From assembly GCA_028534125.1 (NCBI GenBank), contig CM052832.1:15254001-15318000 (forward strand): a stretch of 64,000 bases of DNA, written 5' to 3'. Numbering within the stretch: the first letter of the stretch is position 1; each line of letters starts with the position of its first letter. Below are positions 60,966 through 64,000 of the stretch, one piece after another. Made by a program: the position numbers and the translations under genes. This DNA comes from Lama glama (lineage: Eukaryota). The notes under the pieces are model-generated. The model saw nothing but the letters and a program-made list of their open reading frames with translations. It did not search any database and was not told where the DNA came from.

Positions 60966-61899
60966 TCAAGGCATTGGAGACACAGATGCTGGCATGTCCT
61001 GCCACAGGAACCCGTGGTGCAGACAGAGCCTCCCTGGAGCTTCCCTGAGCCTGGGGTGCTGGCAGGCTCCTTCACAACCCTCATGCTATTTTTCCCCCAC
61101 CAAGGTCTGACTTTGTCTTAAAATCCCCTCTTGGAATGGAGGCAGTGAGACTCCAATCAGGCCAAGGTTAAGAAGTGGCAGTTCAATTCCAAGCCCCAGC
61201 ATTTTGAGTTCTAGTTCCTCTGAGATAAATCTCAGACTCCAGAGACCCAGTGCACAAGCCTGTCACCATTCCAGCACTCTGGAGGAGTTCTAACCTCGCA
61301 TTGGGAATAGAAAGCAGAGAACCGATGGGGGGAGGAGGGGTCTTGCTGAGCAGGGAATTTAGATGTTATCTGGGTTAAGTTTGAAGCACTGCAAATGTGT
61401 TTCTTTCAGAGGGCAAAAGCCAGAGCAGACAGAAGGATGACAGGGTAGGTGTTCCTGGACAAGCAGCAGTTCCCTTCTGGACCTTTGGGGCAGGCTCTCT
61501 GGAAGGCACTAATGGCCAACAAAGTTTCACGTAGGGAATGACTTCTGTCCACCCAGACTCGGGACTTCACATCAGTCTCCCATCCTCGCCGCTCCCTGCT
61601 CCAAGGCCTATGCCCCAACACTGAGTGATTTTCCATCATGACATGTTCATCATATCCCCTTCAAGGCACCCCTGACTTCCTTCTCCATCAAATCTAAATC
61701 CTTCTGCTTGATTTCTAAGGGCCCCATCCTCAAGGCCCAGACTGACCCTCCCCAACACAGTGGACCTCCTGTGACACCGACGTCCTGCCATCTGCAGCAC
61801 CTGTGCATGCCCTGCATCCCAGAATCCCCCTCTCCCACCTCCTGCGACACCTGGCCCCATCCAGCCTTGTCCTTTGTGTGAAGAAACCTTGCAGTGGGG

Positions 61900-62035
61900 T
61901 CACAGAAGAGGGATTTAACTGTGCCTCAACTTCCTTATCTGTAAAAGGGGGAAAATAAGGGGACTGACCTCATGGGGTTGTTGAGGTTTAATCTGAACAC
62001 GCATGTCACACATTCCCTGAATGGTGCTAGAGGTG
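61900..62035 (+). mobile_element. MIR fragment
   Basis: ctgtgcctcaacttccttatctgtaaaaggggg...acctcatggggttgttgagg. Confidence 0.75.
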
Positions 62036-64000
62036 GTTCCCAAAAGTGCCCCATGTTCGGAAACAGCAGTAGCCAGCAGCAGCAGCCAGCCCTATCTGAC
62101 TCTGGAATACGTTCACCTCTTCCCTTGCTGAATCTTTAAAGTTACTATTTGAATGACACAATCATCACAAAAGGTTTCTTGGATAGAGGTCCATTCTCCC
62201 CACTGAGGCTACAGACCTTTCTTACAGCACACTTTACACATTCCCTGGCCTTCCGCGGAGACTCTGGCCCTCTGTGGCCCTGGGTCTGGACTGTCATTTT
62301 CTTTTCATTAATTGATTGAAATGGTGCCACGCACTTCTGCGCCCTTTCTTTCATGAGGGGCTTCAGGGGAAAGGCTGAGGACAGGCTATCTTCCTATTAC
62401 GGCACTCTGACAGGCCAACAGAATCTGCTAAGAGTGGCCTGAAGACACTCAACAACATGTGTTTAAGTAACAAGAAAGGGCTTTCATTGAAATGACCTTC
62501 AGAGCAGCAGTTGAGCTCTAAGTGGACAGGAGAGTGCCATCTGGGAGGGGGCTGACCTCTGCCAAACCCTGCAGGAAAGCCCCAGAAATCCATGGTGTGG
62601 CAGGCCCTGTCCGTTGTTTCCACAAGCTCCAAGAATCCAGTCTCCCCACCCGGAGCCCCCAAAGGTATGGCCAAAGGTTAACGGGCTTCAAAGGGAGGAC
62701 AGGAGGTATATAAGGACCTGTCAGACCAGACAGATGCCAGAGGACAAGCAGAGAGAGACTCTTCCCGGCCCACTTGGACCACTCTCATGCCGTGAGTAGC
62801 CAGAGAAGGGTGGGAAGGTGGTCAGCATGAGTCCTGGGGTGAAACTGGGGTGTGAGCCAAGCCAGCCAAGTCCAGAGCCTTGTGGGATGAGCTGACTGGC
62901 TCCTGCAGCTCTCTACCACCTTCAGATACCTACCTGGGCTTCAAACTGAGCGCCTTGAGCTGACTTCCAGAGTGTGGGTTAAAGCTGCACATAGTAGGCA
63001 AGAGCGGGGCTGCCAGGAGGCATGGAGGCTGGAGAGAGGAGCAAATCCTAGCAAGAAGAGCTGTCTGGGTGGGTGGTGCCGTCGACTGCAGGCAGGAACC
63101 CAAGCCAGAGTCCAGCATAGATGCAGGGTCATCCCACTTGGTGTGGAGTCTTGGCTCTGGGAAGTTAAGGGGGAAAGCTGGGTCCCTAGGGAGATGACAT
63201 GGCTTAGCAAGACTAGCCGGGCCTGGTGCTACCATGGGAGGGGGGGAGACAGGCACCCCGTCAGCCAGAACCGAGCACTTGAAGGCTGGAGCCCCATCCC
63301 TGGTGATGGAAAAGAAAAGTCCAGCACCTTACCATACAGTGAAAAGCTCTTGCTCCCACTCTGAGCTCCCCGAACGCAGAAAAGTGTAGGTGATGTGTTG
63401 GCTGCCAGTTGGATCAAGAAAATGAGCAGCAATTGGATTTTTGCCTTTTTTTATTTAAAGTTTGTATTGATTCTTATGGAGTGAATTAAATGCAAACACC
63501 AGAATGAAAAGGGATCTACAGCATCTCGGGAAAAGGAAATGAGGCGCCATAAATGTGACACATCCGTCTCCTCTGGGAAGGAGCTGGGGCCCCAGAGACT
63601 CCGTAGGAGGAGGAATGATGATTCTGAGCCCCCACCCCCACCCTTGCTCTGTCTCCTCAAGATCCCCCCGGGGCTCTGCTCAGGGCCTCAGCTTCTGAGA
63701 GGTGGTCTTCAGTGGGTGACTGGTCCTTCCCGCTCTCCTGGGAAGTTGTATGCAGCTGGCATGGAAGGCTTTGGCTGTCTGAGCTCTCATGTTCTTGCTT
63801 GTGGAGTTTTAGTGAGATGGAGAGACAAAGTAGGACGGGGCCACAGGAAAGCAAAGAGGCAGAGGGAGTCCTGCTCAGCAGAGGGGACTTCACACAATGG
63901 AGGAGACAGGTCCTAGCGGAGAGGCAGGATGCAAGCCCACAGCCTCGAAGAGTTTCTCTGAAGGGACAGTTGAAATTGAACTTGCAGAGAAGTTTGGAGG

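Noticed and set aside
1..64000. CRISPR array, operon, prophage or other prokaryotic system
   Set aside because: The sequence is mammalian (MIR, L1, L2, camelid SINE); no repeat-spacer array or dense coding was seen

Overview
Mammalian genomic DNA, very probably a camelid (camel, alpaca or llama lineage). The evidence is a tRNA-Ala-derived vic-1-type SINE at 42737-42825 and an artiodactyl-type L1 3' end at about 22.7-23.1 kb. I cannot support any intact, recognisable protein-coding gene, and most of the ORF track looks like chance ORFs in GC-rich DNA. The first ~13 kb is poor in interspersed repeats. It carries a series of minus-strand AG...GT-bounded, exon-like blocks with protein-like translations broken by stops and frameshifts, most consistent with a decayed multi-exon gene (possible unitary pseudogene) that I cannot name. 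The other ~50 kb looks intergenic or intronic: MIR, L2, L1, MaLR/ERVL/ERV1 LTRs and hAT/Tc2 DNA-transposon fossils, several nested. Between them lie AT-rich, non-repetitive islands with homeodomain and PBX-HOX-type motifs (candidate conserved enhancers). An ancient CR1/L3 fragment at ~59.1-59.25 kb still encodes the RT catalytic FADD motif in frame. A 500-N gap at 20104-20603 is flanked by a 367-bp direct duplication that is probably an assembly artefact. There are no prokaryote-type systems such as CRISPR arrays or operons. Repeat family names come from recalled consensus similarity and most boundaries are approximate; confirm with RepeatMasker/Dfam.
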